Shown piece after piece: positions 27,241 through 39,320 of a stretch of DNA of 64,000 nucleotides (its first letter is position 1; each line of letters starts with the position of its first letter). The DNA is from Camelus ferus. Taxonomy: Eukaryota. The notes under the pieces were generated by a model. That model made no database searches. It was not told the DNA's origin and saw nothing but the letters and a program-made list of their open reading frames with translations. The translations under genes were made by a program, and so were the position numbers. The stretch covers positions 113,710,001 to 113,774,000 of the forward strand of contig NC_045697.1 in NCBI RefSeq assembly GCF_009834535.1, written 5' to 3'.

Positions 27241-27724
27241 AAAGTGTTTCAAGAAAAGATTTTAGATAATTTTTAAAAGCTATCCACTGACTTGAGTAAC
27301 GTAAAAATTATTAATAAATACATCCAGATTGGTTCGAGCAGAATTTTAAGGACCATCCAAACTCAGATCTTAGGTGAATTCAATAAATTTATGATTTTGT
27401 AAGTTTTTCAATTTTTCTTATTATTAAGATGGCTATAATGCTTTTTCATCTTTCTATATCATAAGCAGAAACCAGAATATGTATTTTATTTGTAAGAATG
27501 ACTCATGGTTAGCAGTAGACACTGTCATGAAACACACTTACAACATGGCAGTAGCTAAAACTACACTGGATGATTCAATTGTGACCAAATCATTCCCTAC
27601 ACACTCTTATCCTGGTTCTTGGAAATGTTAGTTTTGACTCCATGTGTCAGTGTTTTTACTTTTGCTTTTGACTTCACATCAGTAGATATCTTCAAAGAAA
27701 AATATCCCTAGATTGGCCATTAAG

Positions 27725-28572
27725 TTTTTTTTTTTAAATTTTATTTTATTGAATTATAGTTACAGTTTACAATGTTGTGTCAATTTCCAGTGTAGAGCAC
27801 AATTTTTCAGTTATACATGAACATACAAATATTCATTGTTGCATACTTTTTCACCATGAGCTACCACAAGATCTTGTATATGTTTCCCTGCAATATACAG
27901 TATAATCTTGTTTATCTATTCTATATATACCTGTCAGTATCTACAAGTTTCGAACTCCCAGTCTATCCCTTCCCACCCCCTCCCCCTGGCAACCATAAGT
28001 CTGTGTTCTGTGTCTATAAGTCTGCTTCTGTTTTGTATTTATGTTCGTTTGTCTTTTTCTTTTCTTTTTTTTTTTAGATTCCACATATGAGTGATCTTAT
28101 ATGGCATTTTTCTTTCTCTTTATGGCTTACTTCACTTAGAATGACATTCTCCAGGGACATCCATGTTGCTGCAAATGGCATTATGTTGTCATTTTTATGG
28201 CTGAATAGTATTCCATTGTGTAAATATGCCACATGCTTTATCCAGTCATCTGTCAATAGACATCTGTCAATAGACATTCCATGCCTTGGCTATTGTAAAT
28301 AGTGTTGCTATGAACACTGGGGTGCAGACGTCTTTTGAAGTAGGGTTCCTTCTGGATAAATGCCCAGGAGTGGGATTACTGGGTCATACGGTAAGTCTAT
28401 TCCTAGTCTTTTGAGGAATCTCCATTCTGTTTTCCACAGTGGCTGCACCAATCTGCATTCCCACCAGCAGTGTAGGAGGGTTTCCTTTTCTCCACACCCT
28501 CTCCAGTGTTTATCACTTGTGGACTTTTGAATGATGGCCATTTTGACTGGTGTGAGTTGATATGTCATAGTA
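27725..28572 (-). mobile_element. 5'-truncated camelid-type LINE-1 (ORF2 cysteine-rich C-terminus + 3'UTR)
   Basis: ORF 28308..28568 ([11 protein letters not shown]...[25 protein letters not shown]...[14 protein letters not shown]) is L1 ORF2; poly-T at 27725. Confidence 0.95.
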
Positions 28573-28859
28573 GAGACACATATAATATTCTCAAATTATA
28601 TTAGTTTCAGTGGATCATGTTTTATGTTTTTTTTTTATTAGTAATAACAAGGGTAAGGTAGTAATGGTCTAGAATGATAGTTTTATTCTACAGTTTGAAT
28701 GCTACTGTTGTTTCTGGAACTGTGAAGAACTATACATAGGTAATTTCATTTAGGTTCTCACGGTGAACCAATTATAACATATGAATATTTGGATATAAAC
28801 CCCAGTAGACTGAAGGGGAATCTAAGTGCATAGTCACTAAAGATATTGCTTGGATTAGC

Positions 28860-29180
28860 ATCAGTGGGAAAACCTGAAATATGTTTGAGAGGCCTGAGAA
28901 AAAGACATTATTTTTAGAATAGACTTATTTTTAAAATAATGTTAGTCTTCAATAAGTGAATGAAAATAAAAATTTCAGACATAATAGACCTGGGAGATGA
29001 TGGAGAAAAACAGTTGTGGATGGAAGAGTTGAGAGAAAACAAAGGGTGACAGATTGGGCTCAAGAACATGAAAAGCCACTTGGAAGTAATATAAATATAA
29101 AGATTGGGATCTGGGGGCTGTATATTTTGAGTGTCGACTATTGAAATAAAGGTAAGTGGTGCACTGGGTTTAGTAGCAGC
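28860..29180 (-). mobile_element. L2 fragment (tentative)
   Basis: atgtttgagaggcctg...aatataaagattgggatctggggg resembles antisense L2. Confidence 0.35.
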
Positions 29181-29549
29181 AGTTTCTTTAAGGAGAGTGG
29201 GCATTGGATTTAACGGCCAGAGGAGATTTCTCACTTATTTCTGATAAGGTACAAGTTCAAGGTGGAATCTTTCATGCACTTTACCTGTGATGGGGCACCC
29301 TTGATGGCCGCACTTGCATCCAGGTATCCCAGGCTGGTAGTGGCGTCTGTTTATCAGAATTACTGAAGATAATGTTTCATACATTTCTTAGACTATAACA
29401 ATAGAGTAGTGAACATAAATCCTGCTTGCCTGATTGTAAACCATGTTACTTGAATATAAGAGCATTTTAGCTGAATATAAACTCAATTTAAAAATCTAAA
29501 AATCCAATTTATGTTATTACATATTTTACATCAATTTTTGTTAAAGCTT

Positions 29550-30310
29550 TCTGTCAGATGTCAAACAGATACCTACTGAACGCCTATAATTAAAGATAAT
29601 GATGTAATGGTGAACAAAAACCAGACATAGTCGCAGGTTTTAGGGTCTCTGGGGACTTTAAATTTAATATCGGGACAGGAGACAGACATTAATCAAATGA
29701 ATGCAAATGTATGTATAGTTACAAATTGAGATGTGTACATACTCAGCGGAGAAGCACATAAATCAATAATAAGAGCATGTAGCCACAGCCACAACAAGAG
29801 AAGGATCAGCCTGGGGGAACAGCAAAAGCTTCCCTGAGAAAAGTACATCTCTAGTGGGATCTGAAAATCGAGAATTGTGAGGTCCTGTAACAATGTCCCA
29901 AGCAAAAGTCACCGATTACGTAAAGAGCCTGGAATGGGAGGGAACATGAGACCTGACACATTTGAGGAAGGCACTTCTGGCTAGGGCGTGGGTCAGGTGT
30001 GTTTACAACGAGAACAGGGGGAGAGAGCGAGGTAAGCTGTGGAACCTGATAGACTATGTTGAGGGTTTATTTTGGTGTCTTTTCCCAAGAGCAACTGGAA
30101 GCCAGAGCAAGGTTTTAGAAAGAATTGATGCAATTGCATTTGCAGTTTGAAAAGATACCTGACTGCTGTGTAGATTTCAGGAGAGGAAAGCTGGATGCCA
30201 GACACCAATTAAAGACTTTTATGCTAGCCCGGGCCAAAGATGATAGTAACCTGGACCTCTGAGTTGGCAGAAGTGATGGAGATAATTGGACAATTTGAGA
30301 TACACCAATA
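29550..30310 (-). mobile_element. L2 LINE fragment
   Basis: tggtgaacaaaaaccagacatagtc, aaaagcttccctgagaaaagtacatct, gcagtttgaaaagatacctgactgctgtgtaga. Confidence 0.75.
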
Positions 30311-30996
30311 AGAACTGGCATTCTGAATTCCATTAAAACTCTTCCAAATAGTTTCAATCACACATTGGTATTTTAAAATGTTAATAATTTGAACTTTATG
30401 TGTAAGCACTTTTTTTTTTCTTGTTTAGATAGCGTCTCTACCAAACAGCATACTAAGGTTTGATTGTAGTTGCCTTTTCATTGAAGTCAAATTAAAATTA
30501 CATTATTTTACTCATGATCCTCTCAATTATGCGGTATATTTGTTTCACAAATATTTCTTGATTATTGACTTCTCTTGTGCTATCTTCATGCACAATTCAG
30601 CTTTTCCCCTATGCAATCATGTGACACCCTTTTGGGTATGATTGACTTAACATTAGACACTAAATATTTCATTTAAATGGAATATATTCAACTTAGTTGA
30701 TAAAATATTCTTATGCCTCCAAAACTGTTCTTCTGAAAAATAATGTTTTGTTGAAAAATGTTTTTTGTCATCTTTTTTTTTGTCATCACTTTCTCTTTCA
30801 TTTTACTGCAACATTTACCACTTCATAGCCCATGCAATTTTGCTCCTGTAGGATGGAGACAGAGTGTGCATTCCCCTGTCTGCACTGGAATGGCTACTGC
30901 CCTGTTGAGCTAACTGCAGACAATCGGATCATTTAGAAAACATTTTACCACCCAGGGGGAAAGGGGAAACAAAGAAACTAAAAGGCCTTTGGAAAT

Positions 30997-31060
30997 ACAC
31001 ACACACACACACACACACACGCACAAACACACACACACATACACACACATATATATATAC
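30997..31060. repeat. Compound (CA)n/(TA)n microsatellite
   Basis: Seen directly. Confidence 0.95.
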
Positions 31061-31224
31061 TTGAGCCATTATGTCAAAATACATATATATATTTTAACAT
31101 CTAAAACATTTCAGGGAATCTTATAAAATAAAACCCAGGTAATTTTTTATAGTAAAATATAATTACTAAAGGAGGATTCTCGTGCATGCGGGATAACCTG
31201 ATCTTCACGAAAGAGCAGAGGATG

Positions 31225-31420
31225 TTCAGTCACTGTACTTGTGTTCAGGTCTTGGCTCCACCACTTTCTAGCGTGCAGTGCAGCAAACCACTTAGCCTTC
31301 TGCCTCCGTGTCCTCATTCGTGGATGGATACACCACCATGCTCTTTCCTCATGGGGTTGTTACGAGGAAGAAAGGTCTCATGGGATCTCATGTCTAGTAG
31401 GAGGATGCTAGCCATCGGAA
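31225..31420 (+). mobile_element. MIR SINE fragment
   Basis: gttcaggtcttggctccaccactttctagc...gcaaaccacttagccttctgcctccgtgtcctcatt (MIR core). Confidence 0.65.
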
Positions 31421-31659
31421 AATTTAGTAGATATGCTGATTATCTAGTACTTGTTAACGTGAGGAGGACCATGTACTTGTAGAGCTGGAACAAAACTTAA
31501 AAGCTGTGTTGCAGCTTTTCTGTGACGTGCAGAGGGTACTAATGAATGCATTGCTAAGTCCTCAGAGTTAGAGCTTACAGGAAGTGGAGCCCCATCTATT
31601 AAGTGGCTAGCAGTTAGGCACCTTTTGGTGTCTGCCGGACTTTGTACCAAGCCCATCAT

Positions 31660-31850
31660 TTCATCTTATTTCATTTTTGCCACCACATGGTAAGGTAGTT
31701 TTATCCCCAGTTAAGAGTTAAAGAAACACAAGTCTTTAAAAGCTTCTTAGGGGCCATAGAATAAGACCACAAAACTACAACAGGGCAGAATCCGGATTTA
31801 AAGCCAGGTCTTCTGAATGTTACACCTGCCCTATTTAACGACCATGCAGT
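31660..31850 (-). mobile_element. MIR SINE fragment
   Basis: aaggtagttttatcccca...ggcagaatccggatttaaagccaggtcttctga (antisense MIR). Confidence 0.6.
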
Positions 31851-32829
31851 ATACTAAAACCAGGGTTATCTTATTCCCAGTCCACTGCAATTTGTATCTA
31901 CTTGATCTGTACTGTAAACAAACTACATTTCATTACTTATTTCATTCTACTTCATAGGCGTGGTTAGTAACTGCAGGCCATGTCGGTGACTGAGGACAGT
32001 AGCCACGGGTAATTGAAAGGCTCTCAGAGTGTTTCATTTTGCCATGCCCTGATATTCAAGAACATATGGCAAAGGACATGGCCCTACTTCCTTTCAGGTA
32101 GATCAAAGGGCCAAATGGGAAATAGTTTGAGTTCAGTAGCATTTATATGTATCATTTTTTTAATCTAATAGGCAAAATCTTTCCCTGTATTCACAAGGAC
32201 TCTCCCACATGAATAAAATAATTTAATTTTCATTTTTTTTGGTTAAATTTTTAACAATCTATCTAGCTTTGTTCAAATCCTGTTGGATTTGTTTTTATTA
32301 ATTAATCTTTTTATGTTTTATTCTTTCAGTATTAAGTGCTCATACAATGTAAATTTATCCCCTAAACATTTATTTTCATAGAATAAATTATGAAATGTGT
32401 TTACTGAATATATTAAATAATGATTTGTAGCTCTTTTGTAAAGGAAGTCATCTTTATGCTCTTAACAGTTAATAGGAGTGACTGAATGTTCTTTAAATTA
32501 AATGTATGACGCTGAATAAATCCAGCCAACTCCAAGCCCGATGGCTCCCCATCCTTGCTCTTCACAACATGTTTCCTCTTGTCATCCATGTTCGCAAGGA
32601 CATTGTTTCAGCTGTGCGTACCCTCTCCCCACTCTCTCCTCCTCTCTCTCTCTCTCCATGTGTTTCCCGTTCACTATTATATTAATGTGTAAACACTTGG
32701 TTATATGTCACTTGAAAATAAACAATATCCTCTCGTGGCCTCACATCCACCTTTTATTTATTTTTAATGCAAAAATTCACATATGTATTATAAATACTTG
32801 CCAGTTCCAGCTTTTCTCATTAAGTCTCT

Positions 32830-34055
32830 CTTGAAATCCATTCCAGCCAGTTTATGCCACCACCACTCCACCAACGCACCTCTTACCGAGATCTCCAGTG
32901 ACCTCAACGTGGCTTGACCCGTTGAGCATGCCCCAGAGTGCTCCATCTAGTCTACCCATCAGAGTATTTGACATGGAAGTTCTTTAACTGTCAAAGCCTT
33001 CTTTCACCCTGTTGGTTCAGTCCAGCCCCTTTCTGCCCATTGCTTTTTGTGTCCCTGATCTGTGCATGTTGGAGAGTCCTGGAGCATGGCACTCCAATCA
33101 CTTCTTTTTCCTACAATCACTTGGTACCATCATTTCTTCTAAAGATTATTTATGAACCACGTGTCTATCCCTTCAAAATCTCTATCTGGTTATCTGTGTG
33201 AACCACACATTTGTTTACCAACTGCCTATTTAACACCGTCTAACAGTCATTGCAAACTCAACATGTCTCGAATTGAATTTCATCGTTTAGTTGTTCACGC
33301 TGCACTTGGAGTTACTTTTGATTCCTCTTCCTGTCTCATACCTCACATTCAAACCTGGTAGCAGATTCTGTCCATTCTATCATCAGTATCAACAATCCAA
33401 CATTTATCCTGTTCCCATGGTTTCCACCCTTGTCCGAACTATCTTCAGCTTTCAGCTGAACAACTTACATAGTTTTCTACCTAATTTCCTTGCTTCTTTC
33501 CTTGCCTCATAGTATATTTCCAACCTATTTGTAAAAGTGATTCTTTTAAACATAAAACAGATCATATTGCTTCTCCATTCAAAACCCTTCCAGTGTTCCC
33601 TTTCACACCCAAGAAAAAGCCTTTACAGTGGCCTAGAAGCCGCCATGAGTGCTGGCCGTCTTCCTGGTTTGGCACTGCCTCTGACTAGTCTCTCCCTTAT
33701 CCTGTCTCCTCCCAGCCGCGGTGCGACCTTGGGGATTTTTGAATGTGTTCAACACTCTCTCTCTGGAGTGCTTATGTACCTGATGTTTTCTCTGCTTTGA
33801 GCGCTTTTTTTCATATTTTTGCTCAAACATCTTTTTTCCTAGTAAGGCCATACTCAATCATCCCATGTGAAAATACAAGACGTGCTTCTTGACAGGCATC
33901 TCTTATCTCTCTGACTTACTTTGTGCTTTATTTTCACTTGAGTGTATGTGTCAAAGGCAGGAAATTTGTTTTTTTTTTTTTTTTTTTTCACCAGACTATC
34001 ACAAGAGACTGGTACAGAGTGGAACTCAAAGAATATTTGCTGCATGAATCAACTA
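32830..34055 (+). mobile_element. L2a LINE 3' portion
   Basis: ccaccactccaccaac...tccagtgacctc, caaactcaacatgtctcgaattgaattt, cagatcatattgcttctccattcaaaacccttccagtg; ends gaactcaaagaatatttgctgcatgaat. Confidence 0.8.
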
Positions 34056-35234
34056 AGAATGAAGCCAGTTGCTTCCATGCATGCTGATCTTCTGACCGGT
34101 TCTGTCAAGCAGTGAGCCCTCAGTGGAGTTCTGAGGCTCTTCTCTGGTGTAGACCCTTCTGGCTGGTCTCCATGTTGCTCTCTGTTAAGCTGGTTCTGAT
34201 GGATTGTCATTCTTGGCTGTATCTCTTAATTGTGATCCTGTTTCTGCTTTTGAACTCAATTTTTTTTTTTTGCATAATTTCTCTGGCCTCAGACTCTACA
34301 CTGCTCCACAAATACTGTGCTAAGAGCAGACCATCATCTATAATAGCATTTAGGATTGTCTACTGACAAGGTACCACCACTCTCCCATCGTGTAACAGCC
34401 ACTGACCTCACACCCAGCTACAGAAGTTGGTCTGAGATGACCTAAAGTAGCCATTGTACATTCGTGTACACTGCCGCGGTGATGGCTTCAGTTAACGCAG
34501 GGCTATGCCGATCAGCCCATGGCATTTACATGGCAACAATGATTATTTTAGAATGAAGCTCAGAATGCTGGCTGGGAGTTCTGGCACACAGACAGTCTCC
34601 TTCTGGGTAATAGGGTTGGTGTTTATGAAGTCTGGTCCTACTGCTGCCTTTGAGTACAAGTCCAGGAAATATACAACCACATGTGAAATGAATAAAAGGA
34701 GAAAAACAGGAGAAATGAGTCAGCACCATAATTAAAGTGAACTTTCACTTTTAGGTCATTAGGGAAATGAGTTTCTCTGCATGCTTAAGCCAATATCTGT
34801 TCTCTTGCTGTTGTTTATATGCTACTTGCTGCCCAAAAAGTCATACTAAAATAGACTGCCCTGTTTCACCCTGTTTTAAAGCCAAGGCTTGAATAACTTC
34901 AATATTTATCTTCGCAGATGCAAGGGTTTTTTTAATTTTAATTTTTTTCAGTGAGTGGAAATTTAATTCACAACCAATTTGGCTTGATTCTTCCAACAAT
35001 AATCATAACATTGTTCAGTAGCATCATACTTAATTGTTTTCTCTCTCTGGAAGAAAAATAGTGTTTAAAATTCTCTGTATGTTGGATTTATTGAGATATA
35101 CATAATTCAGATTCATTTGGAGCCTAGCACAGTCTCTGATTAGAGCCAGGTGCTGTAGAACTTTGTGAGGGAGACTAGGCTACGGGATATTCCTGAGTTG
35201 AAATGTCTAAAACTCTTTCTGTTTTTGGTTTAGT

Positions 35235-35993
35235 TTTTATTGTGGTAAAATATACACAACATAAAATAAACCATCTTGAGCATTTTTAAGCATACAATTC
35301 ACTGGCATTAAGTACATTCACAATGTTGTGCAACTATCACCAGCATCCATTTCCAGAACATTGTTCATCTTGCAGTACTGAAGCTAGGTAGCTAGGGAAG
35401 TGGGGGCACCAGGCAGATAAGGCGGAGGAGAGGGAGGGCAGTTTGGAAGATGCTCATATTCCTTCCTTCGGCACAAAGGGGCTTTACTTCCTCTAAATGA
35501 GTGCCAGCAAGAAATCCGTTAGAACCCGATGGCTGCAACAGTATGGTAACAAGGACCTAATTGGACATGACCCAGTGCTCATTGTAATATAATCAGCACT
35601 GTGGTTTAGCCCCATCCATGGATTTTTCTGTGTGCATCATGGGTAAGGACATGCACAAAAGGGACGAGTGTGACTGAGCACTCTAGGGATAAGAGCTGTC
35701 AATCAATCAAGAGACCAACTCTAAGTGAGGGTATAAGAGAAAGGGAGACAAAAAAAGATCATTGCTATCAACTCTTGGCTCTTAGAGCAGCCTGCCTTCC
35801 ACTTTTGGAGGTGTACTTTTGCTTTGCTAATAAAATCTTTAAAGTCGTTTGCTACACAATGCTTTTGTCTCTGATCTGAATTCTTCTCTTTTGGACAGAA
35901 CAATAATTGACACAGTTTTTTTCCCTGTCTGGGGTAACATACCTACTACACATTAACAGAAACTCCTCATTCCTGCCTCTTCCCAGTCTCTAG
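35235..35993 (-). mobile_element. L1MB 3' end fragment interrupted by an LTR
   Basis: ttttattgtggtaaaatatacacaacataaaa...catttccagaacattgttcatcttgcagtactgaagct, resuming at ~35951 with cattaacagaaactcctcattcctgcc. Confidence 0.75.
35387..35950 (+). mobile_element. Solo ERV LTR (family not identified)
   Basis: Inserted block ends (g)gtag...ctaca; TATA-like gggtataaga at ~35730; aataaa at ~35829 in tttgctttgctaataaaatcttt; U5-like gaattcttctcttttggacagaacaa. Confidence 0.7.
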
Positions 35994-38900
35994 CTGGAGA
36001 AAAAAAAATTTGATTACATTGGTGGTGTGAAAAAGAGAGAAAGTTATATAGATATATAAATGTAATATATATAGCCAATACCAGACTAATTAAGTAAATA
36101 TGACTAATTCATTCAATATGAATTATTGGATAAACATATTTCATCCTGTTTATGGAAAAATATAGAGATACAGAGATACATAGAGAGAGGGGAGAGGACA
36201 ATAGGACCAGAAAGGATTTTGCTGAAATATTAATATTAACATTAGTTTGGGTAGTGGGTTTAAGGTGATTTTTGTCACTTCCTTTTTGTAAAGTTCTCTA
36301 CTGAGATTTTTTCCCCCCAAAATATGCAAGTATGGTTTTAACAACTGAAATGAACTTATTTCTAAAACAAAAACAATCTTGTCCTGCAATTTGCCTTGTT
36401 TTAGAAATTGGGAGACTAGTAAATAAAAGACAAAATGTTAGAAATGGCTACCTGTCTCCAACAGAATGGGGAGTTAACTATTTTTGGAGAGTAAAAGCTA
36501 CATTCAAATGCAATTGGAATTAATTGGTGCTCAGCTGTATGATTAGCGAGTATATATTTAATAAGAGTTTACATAAGAGAAAAATCAGTGTGGATCAGAA
36601 CATTAGAACAAGGGTTCAAATGGAAAGAGGAGTTTTATTTGGGACCCTTGATCCTGTGATGTCACGTGAACAGATACAGGTTAAAAAGGCTAAGAATTAG
36701 AGTGAGCTCGGAGGTATGGTATTAGGATTTGTGAAAAATTTAATTTTGAGTCAAGTTTTAAGTAAACAACAAATTTTAATTGATACAATGAATGAAAATA
36801 TTTTTAATCTCTAAATTACACGAGTGAATAGGCAGACAGAAACTTGAATAATTGCATGTCTGAGGTTATCAAAATGGGTAATACCATTTCATTTCTGTCC
36901 TTGTTACACATTTGGAAAAAAATGTCTGACATTTAATTATCATAATCTTATTAAACACCATTTATTTTCCCAGATGTCAGTCCTGCAGCAGGTATATGAT
37001 TTCAGTATCAGGGTGTTAAATTTCCTTGCGACGCTCATCATTCATGTTTGCTCCCTGAGCTATTCGTTTTTCTTCTTGTCTTCTCTCTATTGCAAAGGAG
37101 ATAAAGTGGAAGAGATTTATGTCTGACTGAATTTTACCATCTGCTCCATCCTCCCACTGTGTTGCTGTTCTATATGTAGTGTTGTTGCTGAAAAATTGCC
37201 CTTGTCAGCAAGAAAAATTGCTTAGCAATATGATCTAATATATTTCTCTTGTTCTGAAGGCGGAGATCTTTTAAGTAACCACATTACTTGAATGTGTTTC
37301 ATGTAATCTAATAAACATCTTATGAAACTACCACTAATTAGCAGAATGTTTACCAGGGGCCCAATAATTGAGGACCTGTTTGTCTTTCCTACAGGTTCTA
37401 AGGACTGCTTTCTCTCAGGTCACATCTAACTGATAAATGAGCACTTGGGGGGAAAGTTTGTGTTAAACTCTGTACAATGTTGTCTGCATCTTAACTGGTG
37501 AAATCAGGTTCTAATGCATGGGTGTGCACACCTCACTCCTTGCAAATACTCCGTGCACACACAATAGGTATCTCAGTCCTCCTTTTTAAAGTAGGAATAG
37601 TGAGTTTATGATGAGGAGCTGAAATTCTTGTCTGTGGGTAGAAAAAGAGAGTGATAATGTTTTTTTTTTTCCTTTGATGGGAAAAATAATATCACTATAT
37701 CATTGATGGTATATACCTACGTAAGCTGAGGAGTTTACAAAGCCCTGAGAGCTGTCTCTGTTGACCCCCAAGAAAACCCAGGTAACTGTGGGACTGAAGT
37801 CCATTTTCTTTCTGAGTGTGGACAGCGGGTGGTGTGCACGGGGGTGCAGTGTCATTCTGCAGACTCCTATGTAATGTCTGTATTTTTTCATCCACCAGCC
37901 TTTTTGCACTTGTAATACTGCTCCTCCGCAGCCTGGAGGGCTCAAGTTACTACCTTACCACCATCAATTGAATCTCACCTTTGAGTGTTCATTATCTTTT
38001 CTTAAACCTGCTAGTATACTAGGTAAATAAGCAAAATTTGAACAGGAGGTATACACGTGTCAGAGAAATGTCAAGTGAATCCAGCTAAAGTGACCTGAGT
38101 AAGGAGGTGCGAAAATAATGAATGTTTCCCTTCTAGGTAAGTGCAACTTAAGACAGAACAATGTGAAGCCAGGGCAGAATTTTGAGCACATGGTATATTA
38201 CATGGAAAGACAAATGGATACTATTAGCTTTATGCCTTAGAGCATCAATAGCAAATAATTTTCTCTTTCAAGTCCAAGACATTTTCCTGCTTTATTTGAA
38301 GTACAAGATAATGGTGCTCAGCCAGGGGCCACCTTATTAAAAACACAAAGGACTATTTTGTCAAGTTGCACATCCCTGGAGTGTGTGAGGGTGAGAAGGA
38401 TTAGAATTTGTAAAGAAGTCCATTGTTTGTAGAATGAAAAACTTATGTTATCCTAACATCTACCTCCTGCTCAGGCAGCCTTCCAGGTGAGACTGCTGGT
38501 CTGAACTGGCCAGCTTACCACAGCACTATAAATTCAGGATACCTTAGAAACTTAAAACACACACATACACAAACCACGACTTTTCATTGACTCTGCTGTA
38601 CATCAGTGTGTTTTCATGACACTGGATTTACTGTAGCACCTCAAACACTGAATTCTTGTTTTTTTTTTAATTATAAATCTGCCTCAAACTAGACTGCAAA
38701 GCTTTAGCACAGACACAAAAAGTAGAATATTTAACAAAGTAAACAGTCTTAGTGAAACACGCCATGAATTTGTTCATTTGAAAACATTTACTTCCGAGGG
38801 GTGAAAATTGGACAAACATCATTACAGCCTCATGTGAAAATATTCACCTCTTATGGGTTAAGAGGTGAGGGGGAAAAAGTTGTGACATGAGGATAAAGAT

Positions 38901-39009
38901 AATTCATCCGTTTACTTATCATTCTTAATATGTTTTTCAGTGACTATAGAGGTTAGTTTAAAAATAGTTATTTCGGGAGGGCATTAATCTGTTTTATCTT
39001 TATTTCTCC

Positions 39010-39320
39010 CCACTTTATTAAGGTGTAATTGACAAAATTGTATGTATTTAAGTGTAAAATGTGATTTTTAGTTATACAATATGATGATTTAATATGCAAA
39101 TACATTGTCAAATGATTACCATAATCATGCTAATTAACACATCCATCACCTCACATAGATCTTATTCATCTTACAACTGAAAGTTTGTCCTCTTTGACCA
39201 ACGTGTCCCCATTACTCTCCCCTCCAACCCCCAGAGGCCACCATTCTACTTATTCTCTGATTTAATGAGTTCAACTTCTTCAGATTTCACATGTAAATGA
39301 GATTATACAGTATTTATGAC
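39010..39320 (-). mobile_element. L1MA-type 3' end fragment
   Basis: tttattaaggtgtaattgacaaaattgtatg...attaacacatccatcacctcacatag...cagatttcacatgtaaatgagattatacagtattt. Confidence 0.8.

Noticed and set aside
28308..28568. 86-aa ORF with a Cys/His motif as a host zinc-finger gene
   Set aside because: It is the LINE-1 ORF2 C-terminal region inside a 5'-truncated L1
37695..37945. Two overlapping minus-strand ORFs in GC-richer unique sequence
   Set aside because: No recognisable protein similarity and weak acceptor context; compatible with chance
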